A DNA stretch of 64,000 nucleotides, from positions 73,295-137,294 of the forward strand of contig JBAZWB010000001.1 in assembly GCA_041660605.1 (NCBI GenBank), given 5' to 3'. The stretch is from Patescibacteria group bacterium (GTDB lineage: Bacteria; Patescibacteriota; Patescibacteriia; UBA10025; JAHIVO01). Positions 31,510 through 41,300 of the stretch are shown here, one piece after another. The position numbers were made by a program, and so were the translations under genes. The notes beneath the pieces are model-generated. The model ran no database searches. It saw only the letters and a program-made list of their open reading frames with translations, and was not told where the DNA came from. The stretch's first letter is position 1. The number at the start of each line of letters is the position of its first letter.

Positions 31510-32750
31510 ACCTTCTTAGTTCTTTTACTAATTATTATTTCTTTAATATTTTCTCCCAGCGCGCCGAGCACCCAGATAATGCCGATCAGGCCGGCAATCG
31601 GTCCGGCATAGGGCAGAGAGGTGATAATAAAAAAGAGAGTAGTGCCGGAGAGCATGGCCCAGATTAACTGAGTCGCCCGGTTTTCTTCGGGATTGTCTTT
31701 TTTTCCGAGACCGAGAATTTTCTGGCCAAGCATCGTGCCCACAAAAATGTGCGTGAGATAAATGATAATGAAGAACAAAATCATGGTAATAATCGACAAC
31801 GGTAAGCCGATGATTGTCGCCAAAACCACCAGTGAGGCAATCGGAATGCCGATCAAATATAGCAAACCCCACGACATTGTTTGAGCCGGTTTAGCGAGCA
31901 TAGTGCTGGTAATTTTTTTCGCAAAACCGCTGAAGAGGCTGATTATTATCGTACCGATCAACAGCAGCCCGAAGAGGCTCAGTAATTTGGAATAAATCCA
32001 GGTGTATGAGAGGAATTTCTGGTATTTAACAACGCTGGCTGGAGGAGACTTTTTAGTCGTTACGCCTTTAATGACTGAATTATCGTTTATTTGCGCGTTT
32101 TTTTCACCGTGATATTCCAGATTGCCTTTGATGTCAGCTTTCGAACCCAGCGTCAGCTGGCCTTGCTTCCAGAGAATGAAAGTGGCATTGTTGCCGACCG
32201 GTCCGTTCAATTCCGCACTGTTGGCGTAACCGTAAACGTTTCCGCCGGTGAAATTTTCAATATCAATTGAATCTGCCATAAATGACAGGGTCAAGGCAAC
32301 CGCAGCCTTGTTGGTCAGAGTAATCGTGGTTCCTGCCAGGGAGGCATTTTTTCCTATTTGTCCGCTGATAGTTACATCCTGCCCAACGACACGTACGTTA
32401 CCGTCAACCTGGCCATTGATATTTATGGCCAACCCGGCCGCAATAACATCGCCGGCGACATGGCCGCTGACCGTAATGTCATTACCGATAAGGATGGCAT
32501 CTCCGTTAACCTCGCCTTCAATTTTTATCTGGTCGCCCGTACGAAAGAAATTATCATTGATAATTTCTCCGTTTTTCAGCTCAATGTTTTTTGGTTGATC
32601 GTTAGTCTGAGCCTGCGCCACCGGGATGCATAATAATATGAACCCGGCGATTATTGACAGTAAAAAAAATAGGTTCTTTTTCCTCATAGTTTTCCAAATT
32701 TTATAATTTAAAAGTATTGTAACTTTAACATTTTTAGCGGTTTTTTTCAA
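31506..32750 (-). CDS. Bactofilin-like (polymer-forming) repeat domain fused to a C-terminal polytopic membrane domain
   Basis: Signal/TM MRKKNLFFLLSIIAGFILLCIPVAQA; the likely start is the internal Met at 32687. Beta-helix repeats GDAILIGNDITVSGHVAGDVIAAGLAININGQVDGNVRVVG. Four or more C-terminal TM helices. Confidence 0.55.
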   Translation of the reverse strand: MKKTAKNVKVTILLNYKIWKTMRKKNLFFLLSIIAGFILLCIPVAQAQTNDQPKNIELKNGEIINDNFFRTGDQIKIEGEVNGDAILIGNDITVSGHVAGDVIAAGLAININGQVDGNVRVVGQDVTISGQIGKNASLAGTTITLTNKAAVALTLSFMADSIDIENFTGGNVYGYANSAELNGPVGNNATFILWKQGQLTLGSKADIKGNLEYHGEKNAQINDNSVIKGVTTKKSPPASVVKYQKFLSYTWIYSKLLSLFGLLLIGTIIISLFSGFAKKITSTMLAKPAQTMSWGLLYLIGIPIASLVVLATIIGLPLSIITMILFFIIIYLTHIFVGTMLGQKILGLGKKDNPEENRATQLIWAMLSGTTLFFIITSLPYAGPIAGLIGIIWVLGALGENIKEIIISKRTKKV

Positions 32751-33466
32751 GGTTTTTCAGCAACTGTGATCAGGTTATATCCGCTATACCAATTGCTTCG
32801 CGTTTTTTTCGCCGTATAATACTGCCGGGCAATCTGAAAACCGTTTTTTTCCAGCAGCTTACGCAGCCCAGCCTGAGTGTAGGCGTGCAGGTAGCGTTCA
32901 GCTACGACCGCACCCGTCTCGTTCTTCCAGGGCTTCAGGATATCAAACCAGTCCAGCCGGTTGAGCCCGATCAGTTTTTTTACCATAAAAAAACTGTGCA
33001 GCGGCCACCAGCGCGGTTGCCAGAGGTTCCAGTTGGTCATCAGCAGGCAGCCGCCTTTTTTCAGCACGCGGTGAAATTCTTTGATAGTTTTTTCCCTCAG
33101 CTCTTTGCCCGGGATATGATGCAGGGTGGCGATGCAAAAGACCGCATTGAATTTATTATCCGGAAAGGGTAGATTAGTTATATCGCCGGCCAGGAAGGTC
33201 TGGTTGGGATGCTGCGCCTTGGCAATCGCCACCAGTCTGGGGCTGATATCTATGCCGGTATAAGAAATATTTTTTTGTTCCAGCATCTGCAGCAGACGGC
33301 CGTTGCCGCAGCCCGCGTCCAGGACGGAGTCGCCGCTTGCCACGTATTTGTTAAAAAAGTATAATTCCGACCACAGATATTTGCGGGTGTCAGAAAATTT
33401 CTTTACGATAATATTGTAGGCCGCCCGATTTTTATCAATTAATTTTTTCGCTTGTTCAAGCTTCAT
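32747..33466 (-). CDS. Class I SAM-dependent methyltransferase
   Basis: VLDAGCGNGRL motif I and DxxFCIATLHHIP. Confidence 0.8.
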   Translation of the reverse strand: MKLEQAKKLIDKNRAAYNIIVKKFSDTRKYLWSELYFFNKYVASGDSVLDAGCGNGRLLQMLEQKNISYTGIDISPRLVAIAKAQHPNQTFLAGDITNLPFPDNKFNAVFCIATLHHIPGKELREKTIKEFHRVLKKGGCLLMTNWNLWQPRWWPLHSFFMVKKLIGLNRLDWFDILKPWKNETGAVVAERYLHAYTQAGLRKLLEKNGFQIARQYYTAKKTRSNWYSGYNLITVAEKP

Positions 33467-35020
33467 ATGGATAAAAAAGATTTTAAAAAATATATTCGCG
33501 ATTTCGTTAAACTGCGGTTGAGGAGCCCTGCCGATTTGCGCCAGGCGAAAAGGATATTAGCCAAGAAATACGGTTCCACCATCCTGTCTAATGCCCTTAT
33601 TTTAGGGGAATATCGGCGGTTTTACAAGGGAAAAACCAGTCAGGCGCTGGTCAGGTTATTGCGAAAAAGGGAGATTCGTACGCTCTCCGGCATCGCGCCG
33701 GTCACCGTGCTGACCAAGCCGTATCCCTGCCCGGGCCGATGTATTTACTGTCCGGCGCCGCTGGGCATGCCAAAGAGTTACATCGCCTCAGAGCCGGCGG
33801 CCCAACGCGCTTTCAGTTTGAAATTTGATCCTTACCAGCAGGTGAAAACCAGGATCCAGGTGCTGGAGGCTAACGGCCATGATGTTGAAAAAATTGAATT
33901 AATCGTGTTGGGCGGCACCTGGTCTTTTTACCCGCAGACATATCGCGAGTGGTTTATCAAAAGATGTTTTGAGGCGGCCAACGGTAAAAAATCCGTCTCT
34001 TTGTTGTCAGCCCAAAAAATCAATGAGACGGCTAAGCATCGGATAATTGGCTTGTCATTAGAAACCCGGCCGGATTTTATTATGCCGGAAGAATTGCAGA
34101 ATATGAGGAAATTAGGGTGTACGCACGTGCAGATCGGCATTCAGTCAGTTCATCAGGAGGTTCTGGATTTTGTCAGGCGGAACGATACTCTGGAAAATAT
34201 GGCGCGGGCCACGGCCCTGCTGCGCGATTATGGTTTTAAAATAACTTATCACCTGATGCCCGGTCTGCCCGGTTCAACGCCGGCCAAGGATTTGGCGGTG
34301 TTCAGGGAGGTTTTCTCCGACCCGCGCTGGCAGCCGGATATGCTGAAAATCTATCCTTGCGTGGTGGTAAAAAATTCGGTGCTTTACCGGTGGTATAAAA
34401 AAGGCAAATACCATCCATATTCCGATAAGACGTTAATTAAGTTAATAACGCGGATAAAGTCAGTTGTTCCGCCGTACGTGCGCATCAATCGTCTGGTCCG
34501 CGATATTCCCGGTCCGGATATTGTCGCCGGTAATTTAAAAACTAACCTGCGGCAGTTATTGCAAAACCAGGGCGTTAAATGCCGCTGCATCCGTTGCCGC
34601 GAGGTCAGGCAGGAAATTAACAGCTATGAACGTATGTATTTAATAAACAGGCAATACCGGGCTGGCCAGGGTCGGGAATATTTCTTAAGTTTTGAGAATG
34701 AAAACAAGAAAAAGCTATATGCTTTTTTGCGCCTGCGATTGCCGGACAAGAAAAGAGTTTTAAACGAAGAAACGCCGTTTGATAGTATGACCGCAGTTAT
34801 CCGCGAATTGCATACTTACGGAGAACTGGTGCCGGTCGGGGAAAAAGGCAAGGCCGTGCAGCACCTGGGTTTAGGCAAGCGCCTGATGATTGAAGCGGAG
34901 AAGTTAGCCCAATCAAAGGGTTATAAAAAAATGGCGGTGATTTCCGGCGTCGGCGTGAGGGGGTATTATAGGAAGATTGGATACAAATTGCGGGAGACGT
35001 ATATGATTAAAGATTTGTAA
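33452..35020 (+). CDS. Elp3-like radical SAM plus GNAT acetyltransferase (tRNA wobble-uridine modification family)
   Basis: CPGRCIYCP (Cx3Cx2C radical-SAM cluster motif) and a C-terminal GNAT fold (HLGLGKRLMIEAEKLA...). Confidence 0.75.
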   Translation: MFKLHMDKKDFKKYIRDFVKLRLRSPADLRQAKRILAKKYGSTILSNALILGEYRRFYKGKTSQALVRLLRKREIRTLSGIAPVTVLTKPYPCPGRCIYCPAPLGMPKSYIASEPAAQRAFSLKFDPYQQVKTRIQVLEANGHDVEKIELIVLGGTWSFYPQTYREWFIKRCFEAANGKKSVSLLSAQKINETAKHRIIGLSLETRPDFIMPEELQNMRKLGCTHVQIGIQSVHQEVLDFVRRNDTLENMARATALLRDYGFKITYHLMPGLPGSTPAKDLAVFREVFSDPRWQPDMLKIYPCVVVKNSVLYRWYKKGKYHPYSDKTLIKLITRIKSVVPPYVRINRLVRDIPGPDIVAGNLKTNLRQLLQNQGVKCRCIRCREVRQEINSYERMYLINRQYRAGQGREYFLSFENENKKKLYAFLRLRLPDKKRVLNEETPFDSMTAVIRELHTYGELVPVGEKGKAVQHLGLGKRLMIEAEKLAQSKGYKKMAVISGVGVRGYYRKIGYKLRETYMIKDL

Positions 35021-35035
35021 TCGGATGATTTATCT

Positions 35036-35244
35036 GTCATTCTGAGGAGTCCCGCTGAAGGCGGGATGACGTAAGAATCTCCTGACCTTCGGTCAGGGGA
35101 CTCTTCGCTGCACTTCGTGGAACCTGCCCTGCCTTCGGCCCTGAGGGGCTCAGTCCCGATGGGGAGCGTAGCCGAAGGGCTCAGAGTGACGGAGTAGCGC
35201 GGCGTGGCCATTGATCCCGTTAGAAATTAGTATTTCTAAACGGG
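35036..35244 (+). other. GC-rich highly structured element of about 210 nt (candidate ncRNA or regulatory RNA) ending in a 12-bp palindrome that abuts the downstream -35 box
   Basis: Consecutive stable hairpins with UUCG/GNRA-like loops: GTCAT..CCCGC-tgaa-GCGGG..ATGAC, CCTGACC-ttcg-GGTCAGG, GCC-ttcg-GCC, AGCC-gaag-GGCT. The region is non-coding. It ends in CCCGTTAGAAAT-tagt-ATTTCTAAACGGG. Confidence 0.25.
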
Positions 35245-35245
35245 G

Positions 35246-35273
35246 TTGACAAAAACACTAAACAGTCTATAAT
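35246..35273 (+). promoter_or_regulatory. Near-perfect sigma70 promoter TTGACA-N16-TATAAT
   Basis: TTGACA at 35246-35251 and TATAAT at 35268-35273. Confidence 0.55.
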
Positions 35274-35307
35274 AACCTGAATTGAACATTTTTTTAGGAG
35301 GTATTAT

Positions 35308-35481
35308 ATGGCCAAAGATAGCAAAGGCCAAATTGAAAACAGGAAAGCAGTTGATGCCAATTTAGCTAAACGAGGCATTCCACCGATTGATACCTTGACC
35401 AATCCAGACAATATATTGAAGGGTATATTTGGTGATCGCCGCAAGACGCATGAATTATTAAGGGATGTACGTGGCCGATGA
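35308..35481 (+). CDS. Small hypothetical protein (57 aa), below the ORF-track size cutoff
   Basis: AGGAGG RBS 7 nt before the ATG at 35308. Reading frame MAKDSKGQIENRKAVDANLAKRGIPPIDTLTNPDNILKGIFGDRRKTHELLRDVRGR. Followed by its own terminator. Confidence 0.5.
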   Translation: MAKDSKGQIENRKAVDANLAKRGIPPIDTLTNPDNILKGIFGDRRKTHELLRDVRGR

Positions 35482-35502
35482 TATTTCATCGCCAAAAGCT
35501 AG

Positions 35503-35536
35503 ACCCGTTGGTGTTCGCACTGACGGGTTTTTTTAT
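35503..35536 (+). terminator. Rho-independent terminator
   Basis: ACCCGT..GTG-ttcg-CAC..ACGGGT stem followed by TTTTTTTATT. Confidence 0.6.
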
Positions 35537-35580
35537 TGCAGAAAATCAGTTATAATAATTAGACTTAATTTAGCCAAAAT

Positions 35581-38145
35581 ATGGTAAACAATTACCAGCC
35601 TAACATTAGTGATGGCCTGAGTGGCTTGACTGCCCAGGAGGCTGAAAAACGCCAGCAAAACGAGGGCTTTAACGAACTTCAATCGCAGAAAAGGCAGTCT
35701 GTATTCAGGATTTTCATAGAAGTAGTACGCGAACCAATGCTGATGCTTTTAATAGCCATTGGCGTGATTTATCTTTTTCTCGGCGAATTGCGCGACGCCT
35801 TGGTGCTCCTTTTATTTGTCATGGTAGTGCTGGGCATAACTTTTTTCCAGAAAAGAAAAACCGAAAGAGCGCTGGAGGCATTGCGGAATTTATCCAGCCC
35901 GCGTGCGCTGGTAGTGCGCGACGGCCAGCAGGTCCGTATTTCCGGCCGGGAGGTGGTGCGCGGTGATATTTACATCATCAGCGAAGGCGATCGCGTGCCG
36001 GCGGATGGGTCAGTAATCAGTTCCAATAATTTATTAATAGACGAATCCTTACTGACCGGAGAATCCCTGCCGGTCAGAAAATCGGAGTGGGACAGGAAGG
36101 CTATTGCCAAACAGCCGGGCGGCGATGACCAGCCATTCGTCTATAGCGGCACGATGGTGGTGCAGGGCACCGGCGTGGTGCTGACCACAGCCATTGGCAT
36201 TAAAACTGAAATGGGAAAAATTGGCGCCGCCATCAATGAGATCAAAGAAGAGGATACGTTGCTGCAAAAAGAAACCCGCCAGCTGGTCAAGAATTTCGCG
36301 TTGGTCGGCATCAATCTTTGCCTGATAGTTGTCTTGATATATGGTTTGGTCCACTCCATGTGGCTGAAGGGTCTGCTGTCAGGTTTAACGCTTGGTATGG
36401 CTATACTGCCCGAGGAGTTTTCGGTCGTGTTGGTCATATTCATGGCTCTGGGCGCCTGGAGGATTTCCAAGAGCCGGGTACTGACGCGCCGCATGCCGTC
36501 AATAGAAACTCTGGGGGCAACTTCAGTGTTATGCGTGGACAAAACCGGCACTTTGACGCAGAATCGTATGACCCTGGAGACAGTATTTGTCGCCGGCAGT
36601 CTGGGCGAAATTACCAAGGAGACAGACAGCATGCCGGATAAGTTTCACCCTTTGCTGGAATATGCTTTACTGGCCAGCCAGGCGGATCCTTTTGACCCGA
36701 TAGAAAAGGCAATCCAGAGAAGCGCTGGTAAAATATTAGCCAGTACCGAGCATCTGCATCCCCAGTGGAATCTGGTCAGGGAGTACCCGCTTTCCAAGGA
36801 ATTACTGGCGATTTCCCGTGTCTGGGTTTCGCCGGATCAGTCGCATTATGTGGTTGCGGCAAAAGGCGCGCCAGAAGCTATCCTGGATTTATGTCATGTC
36901 AGCCAGGAGCAACATGGCAAAGTAAAAAAAATAATAGATATGCTGGCTGACCGGGGATTGCGCCTGATCGGCGTGGCGCGGGCAGTTTTTGAAAGAGAGT
37001 CGCTGCCTTCGGTCCAGCATGATTTTAATTTTGAATTTATCGGCCTCTTGGGCTTTGCCGATCCGGTCAGAGAAACAGTCGCGAACGCCCTGGAAGAAGC
37101 CTATACCGCCGGTATGCGGGTAATAATGATTACTGGAGATTATCCTGGCACAGCCAGGTATATAGCAAAAGAGGTGGGGCTTCACAGTCCGGAAAAATTT
37201 TTAAATGGCTCGGACATTGCCTCTATGTCCGAAGTTAATTTAAGAGAGAAGATCAGGGATGTGAATATTTTCAGCCGAATGGTGCCGGAACAGAAGCTGA
37301 GCATTGTCAAAGCCCTGAAAGCCAATGGCGAAGTAGTCGCCATGACCGGAGACGGAGTCAACGACGCGCCGGCTTTAAAATCCGCCCATGTGGGCATCGC
37401 CATGGGCCAGCGCGGTACGGATGTGGCACGGGAAGCGGCCGCCCTGGTTTTGCTTGATGATGATTTTTCCTCTATCGTGCGGGCCGTACGCCTGGGACGG
37501 CGGATTTTTGATAATCTGAAAAAATCCATGTCTTATATCCTGGCAGTGCATGTGCCGATTGCCGGCATCGCTTTTCTGCCGGTGGTCTTTAATCTCCCTG
37601 TTGTTCTATTGCCGGTGCACATAGCTTTCCTGGAGCTGATAATCGATCCTGCCTGCTCGGTGGTTTTTGAAAATGATCCGGAAGAAAAAGATATTATGAA
37701 GCGGCCGCCGCGCTCTTTACGCGAACCGATTTTAAGCAGAAAATCCCTGCTAAATGGTTTTCTTCAGGGCGCCAGCGTTTTAGTCGTCACTTTTGCCGTT
37801 TATTTGATAACTTATTTTACCGGCCAAGGGGAGAATGAAGCGCGCACGCTGACTTTTGTTACCCTGGTAGTGGCAAATTTATTGCTTATCGTCAGTAATT
37901 TGTCATGGACCAAAAGCTTTTTCTCGATATTAAAAATAAGAAATACAACCCTTTGGATTGTTTTAGGCGGGGCGGTTACTGTTTTAGCTTTAATAATAAG
38001 CCTTTCTTTTCTAAGGAATCTTTTTCACCTGAGCGTTTTTCGCCTGGATGACATCTTAATCGTGTTGACTGCCGGGCTTGTCAGCGTGCTGTGGTTTGAG
38101 CTGCTGAAAAAATTCCGCCGCCGAAGATTAATTGTGGCTAATTAA
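35581..38145 (+). CDS. P-type cation-transporting ATPase (type II, Ca2+/Mg2+-like)
   Basis: CVDKTGTLTQN phosphorylation motif, MTGDGVNDAPAL hinge, 10 predicted TM helices, 854 aa. Confidence 0.9.
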   Translation: MVNNYQPNISDGLSGLTAQEAEKRQQNEGFNELQSQKRQSVFRIFIEVVREPMLMLLIAIGVIYLFLGELRDALVLLLFVMVVLGITFFQKRKTERALEALRNLSSPRALVVRDGQQVRISGREVVRGDIYIISEGDRVPADGSVISSNNLLIDESLLTGESLPVRKSEWDRKAIAKQPGGDDQPFVYSGTMVVQGTGVVLTTAIGIKTEMGKIGAAINEIKEEDTLLQKETRQLVKNFALVGINLCLIVVLIYGLVHSMWLKGLLSGLTLGMAILPEEFSVVLVIFMALGAWRISKSRVLTRRMPSIETLGATSVLCVDKTGTLTQNRMTLETVFVAGSLGEITKETDSMPDKFHPLLEYALLASQADPFDPIEKAIQRSAGKILASTEHLHPQWNLVREYPLSKELLAISRVWVSPDQSHYVVAAKGAPEAILDLCHVSQEQHGKVKKIIDMLADRGLRLIGVARAVFERESLPSVQHDFNFEFIGLLGFADPVRETVANALEEAYTAGMRVIMITGDYPGTARYIAKEVGLHSPEKFLNGSDIASMSEVNLREKIRDVNIFSRMVPEQKLSIVKALKANGEVVAMTGDGVNDAPALKSAHVGIAMGQRGTDVAREAAALVLLDDDFSSIVRAVRLGRRIFDNLKKSMSYILAVHVPIAGIAFLPVVFNLPVVLLPVHIAFLELIIDPACSVVFENDPEEKDIMKRPPRSLREPILSRKSLLNGFLQGASVLVVTFAVYLITYFTGQGENEARTLTFVTLVVANLLLIVSNLSWTKSFFSILKIRNTTLWIVLGGAVTVLALIISLSFLRNLFHLSVFRLDDILIVLTAGLVSVLWFELLKKFRRRRLIVAN

Positions 38146-38324
38146 AATTTTAATAGTTAATACTGATATAAGGGATTTTCGGTAGTTTTATACTTAATAA
38201 AAAAGAAGAAAGTCACAATAACAATTGAAAAAGTAATGATTTGATTTTTTTGCCAATTTATGCTAAAATATATGTGTTAAATAAAAAAATAATGCTTTAA
38301 AAAGCAATTTTTTTAGTTATTAAT

Positions 38325-41300
38325 TTGCAGCAATATTTTTGGCCTAAAAAACCGGTGTCCAAACTGAAAAAAATCAAAAATAATAAAAAATTAGCAAAAA
38401 ATCGCGGTATATATAACCGCCAATTTCACATTGAACGTCCAAGACCGACACGGCTTGGCGTATTTTTTGAAAAACTGAGGCAAAAACTTCGCCTGTATAA
38501 ACCGGTAATAGTGGTTTTATTGGTACTGTTTTTTGGCGCTTTATCATCATTTTTATATGATAAGTTTGCTTTAGCTGATTCAGACCATCTAACGCTCACC
38601 TCTGAGACTGATTGGCAGGCCGGAGAATACTATCCAAATCAATTAAGCATGCCAGTTGTAGATCAGGGTACGGGAGACGCCTCGCTACAGATGGCCGCTG
38701 GCGGAGTCGGATCATTTGATCCGGCCACCATCGCTTTCCCGGAACAAACACGCGGGCGCTTTGATTTAGCCCAGGAGCCGACAGATTATGGCGCTGACCT
38801 GACTACGGACGGCACTTATTTGTACATGATCATCGGCGGGAAACAGCCGGATTTTTTCCGCTATAATCCCGAAACAAACACCTGGAAAACGCTAGCCGAT
38901 GCACCGACGAGTTTTGACTATGGTTCGGCTATCACCTATTATGACGGCTTTATTTACGCTATTGTTTCCCATCATGACGGCACATACTCTACTGATGATT
39001 CAGCGCATCTATTGAAATATGATATTTTGAATGACACCTGGTCGTGGCTGGAGGACGCGCTCGGACCATGGGGCCGTGGAGCTGATATTGAAGCGGCCAG
39101 CAACGGCAAATTGTACGCTGTTGAAGGCGAAGGTGAAATGGCGTTTTGGGTGTTTGATACCGCCACTGGGCACTGGTCAAATACTATACAGCAGTCACCG
39201 GATCTGATGCCTACTTATAGCGTGCATTCACTGGTTTTTTCCGACGTCTCTGTAGGAGCTGATCCAGTCTATTGCGAAGGCGGTTGCATCTACGCGCTGG
39301 TCGCCAACAGCCGGCAATTCAACCGCTATGATATAGGACGCAACGAATGGACAACGGGATTCAATGACGTACCAGCGGCGATTGGGAATTTTACGACTGG
39401 AGGCGCGGTGGGGTTTGATTCAACCAATGATGACATATATATTTTTCGCGGCGGGTCAATTACCGGTGGCGTTGACGGGGTTTTCGTTCGTTATGATATC
39501 GGCAGTCCGGGTACCTGGGATGTGGCGCAAACCACCACCCAAAATCCCCGACGCACTACTAATTACGGAGCATCCCTGGTTTATTTAGATGGTTATATTT
39601 ATTCTACCTGGGGCGGCGCTTTGCCTGGCATCGGACGATTTACTGTCGGCAATGGTACTAACGGGTCTTGGGATTCCATTGATTCACAGATTGCCATGGG
39701 CACCAATGCCGACGGGCTGATAGTTTACGTTGACGGCGGTACGGCCGATTGCGCCGATGCCTCCGGTTGTTTATTTGTCGCCCAGGGCGGTGGTACGGCT
39801 TTCCGCCGTTACGATATCAGTACGCGCGCCTGGACGGCCGCCTCCGGAGCCGGATCATTGACAACCATAACTGCCGCGCTCGGACAAGGCGCGTCTATGT
39901 GCTATGACGGCAGTAATAATATTTATATTGCCCGCGGTGGAGCGCAGAATCAGGTGTATGAGTACAGCATCAGCGGTAACGCGCATACAACATTAAGCAT
40001 TCCCGCTGCTGCCGTGGCTGACGAGGGCGCATCAATAACCTGTTTTGGAAATGGCAATTTTTATTTATTGTCCGGAAATAATTCACAAAACATATATCAT
40101 TATTGCGATGATGGAGCGGATCCGGCAGACCCAGCTTGTGATGGCTGGCAGACAAATGAGACAATTCCGTCTTTGGCAGTATTCTGGGGTGGTGCCCTGG
40201 CTAACGATGGTACCTATGTATATGCCCTGGCCGGCAACCAGCGCGGTAATTTTCACCGTTATGAACCTGGCGCAGATACCTGGGCCTCTTATCCTACTAT
40301 TCCTGATATGCCGACAGCCAGTTATTATACGACTACCATGGAATTCGACGGTGATGACGCGTTGTACGTTATCCCTGGGCAGTACGATAAGACGATGTGG
40401 CGATATGACATTACTGGCCAGGCGTGGTCACGGGCGGTAGATTTGCCTCACCGATTCGGATACAGCCATGGCCTGGCGCTGGATAATGATAATGACCTTA
40501 TTTACGTCCTTAGCGGTGGTGCGCCCAATACTAGTTCCACGACAATTTATAAATTTAACACTGAATCGCATGATTATATCCCTACTGCCACCTGGATTTC
40601 CGAGCCTTTGGACCTGGATTTTGTCAGCGCCTGGGAAACTTTTTCCGCCACCCATCCGACTGACGGGACAAGCAGCATTTCTTTTGACATCCGATCCAGC
40701 GACGATGGAGTTTCCTGGACTGATTGGGAAAATATTGTCAATGCTTCACAAGCGGAGAGCACGAACAGCCTGAATATTTCCGCCATCAGCACGCCAGAGA
40801 ACCGTTACGCCCAGATCCGGGTTACTTTAACTTCAGATAATACCAATACTCCTGCATTGGAAGATATTTCATTATATTATACGAAAGACAGCACTGATCC
40901 GGCCAATCCTGCGGCCGCAGGTTATGATACGTCAGATAAAGTGACTACGCTGGCCAGCGGGACTACTTATTTTTATTCAAATCCGTATTTTGAGTTGTCT
41001 GGGGCGACGGATACAGGCGGCTCAGGAGTAGTTGGCTATTATGTCGCCTTAGTCACTGCCGCTGACTCTGCCTTTGACCCGTCCACCAGCGAAGATTATT
41101 ACCAAACCGGCGCAACCTACCAGACAACAGCTGACCGTAACGGTAATTCCATTGTAGACGGCACGTACTATTTGAAGGTCGCCACGAAAGATCGGGCCGG
41201 CAATATCTCCAGCGCGCAAAGCCTATTTACCTACGTTTATAACGGCATTGATGCGGCGGCAACAAAAGTCTGGACTGATAAAGCCAGTTTTGAGGAAAGC

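Noticed and set aside
35036-35244. RNase P RNA, SRP RNA or tmRNA identity for the GC-rich element
   Set aside because: The conserved cores are absent: AGGAAAGUCCGGGCUCC, the SRP domain IV GGAA/AGCA loops, and the tRNA-like GGUUCGAUUCC. Identity remains unknown rather than assigned.
34966-35495. Minus-strand ORFs 34966..35211 and 35304..35495
   Set aside because: The first runs through the GC-rich structured element. The second is antisense to the well-signalled 57-aa plus-strand gene. Both translations look like random GC-rich frames.
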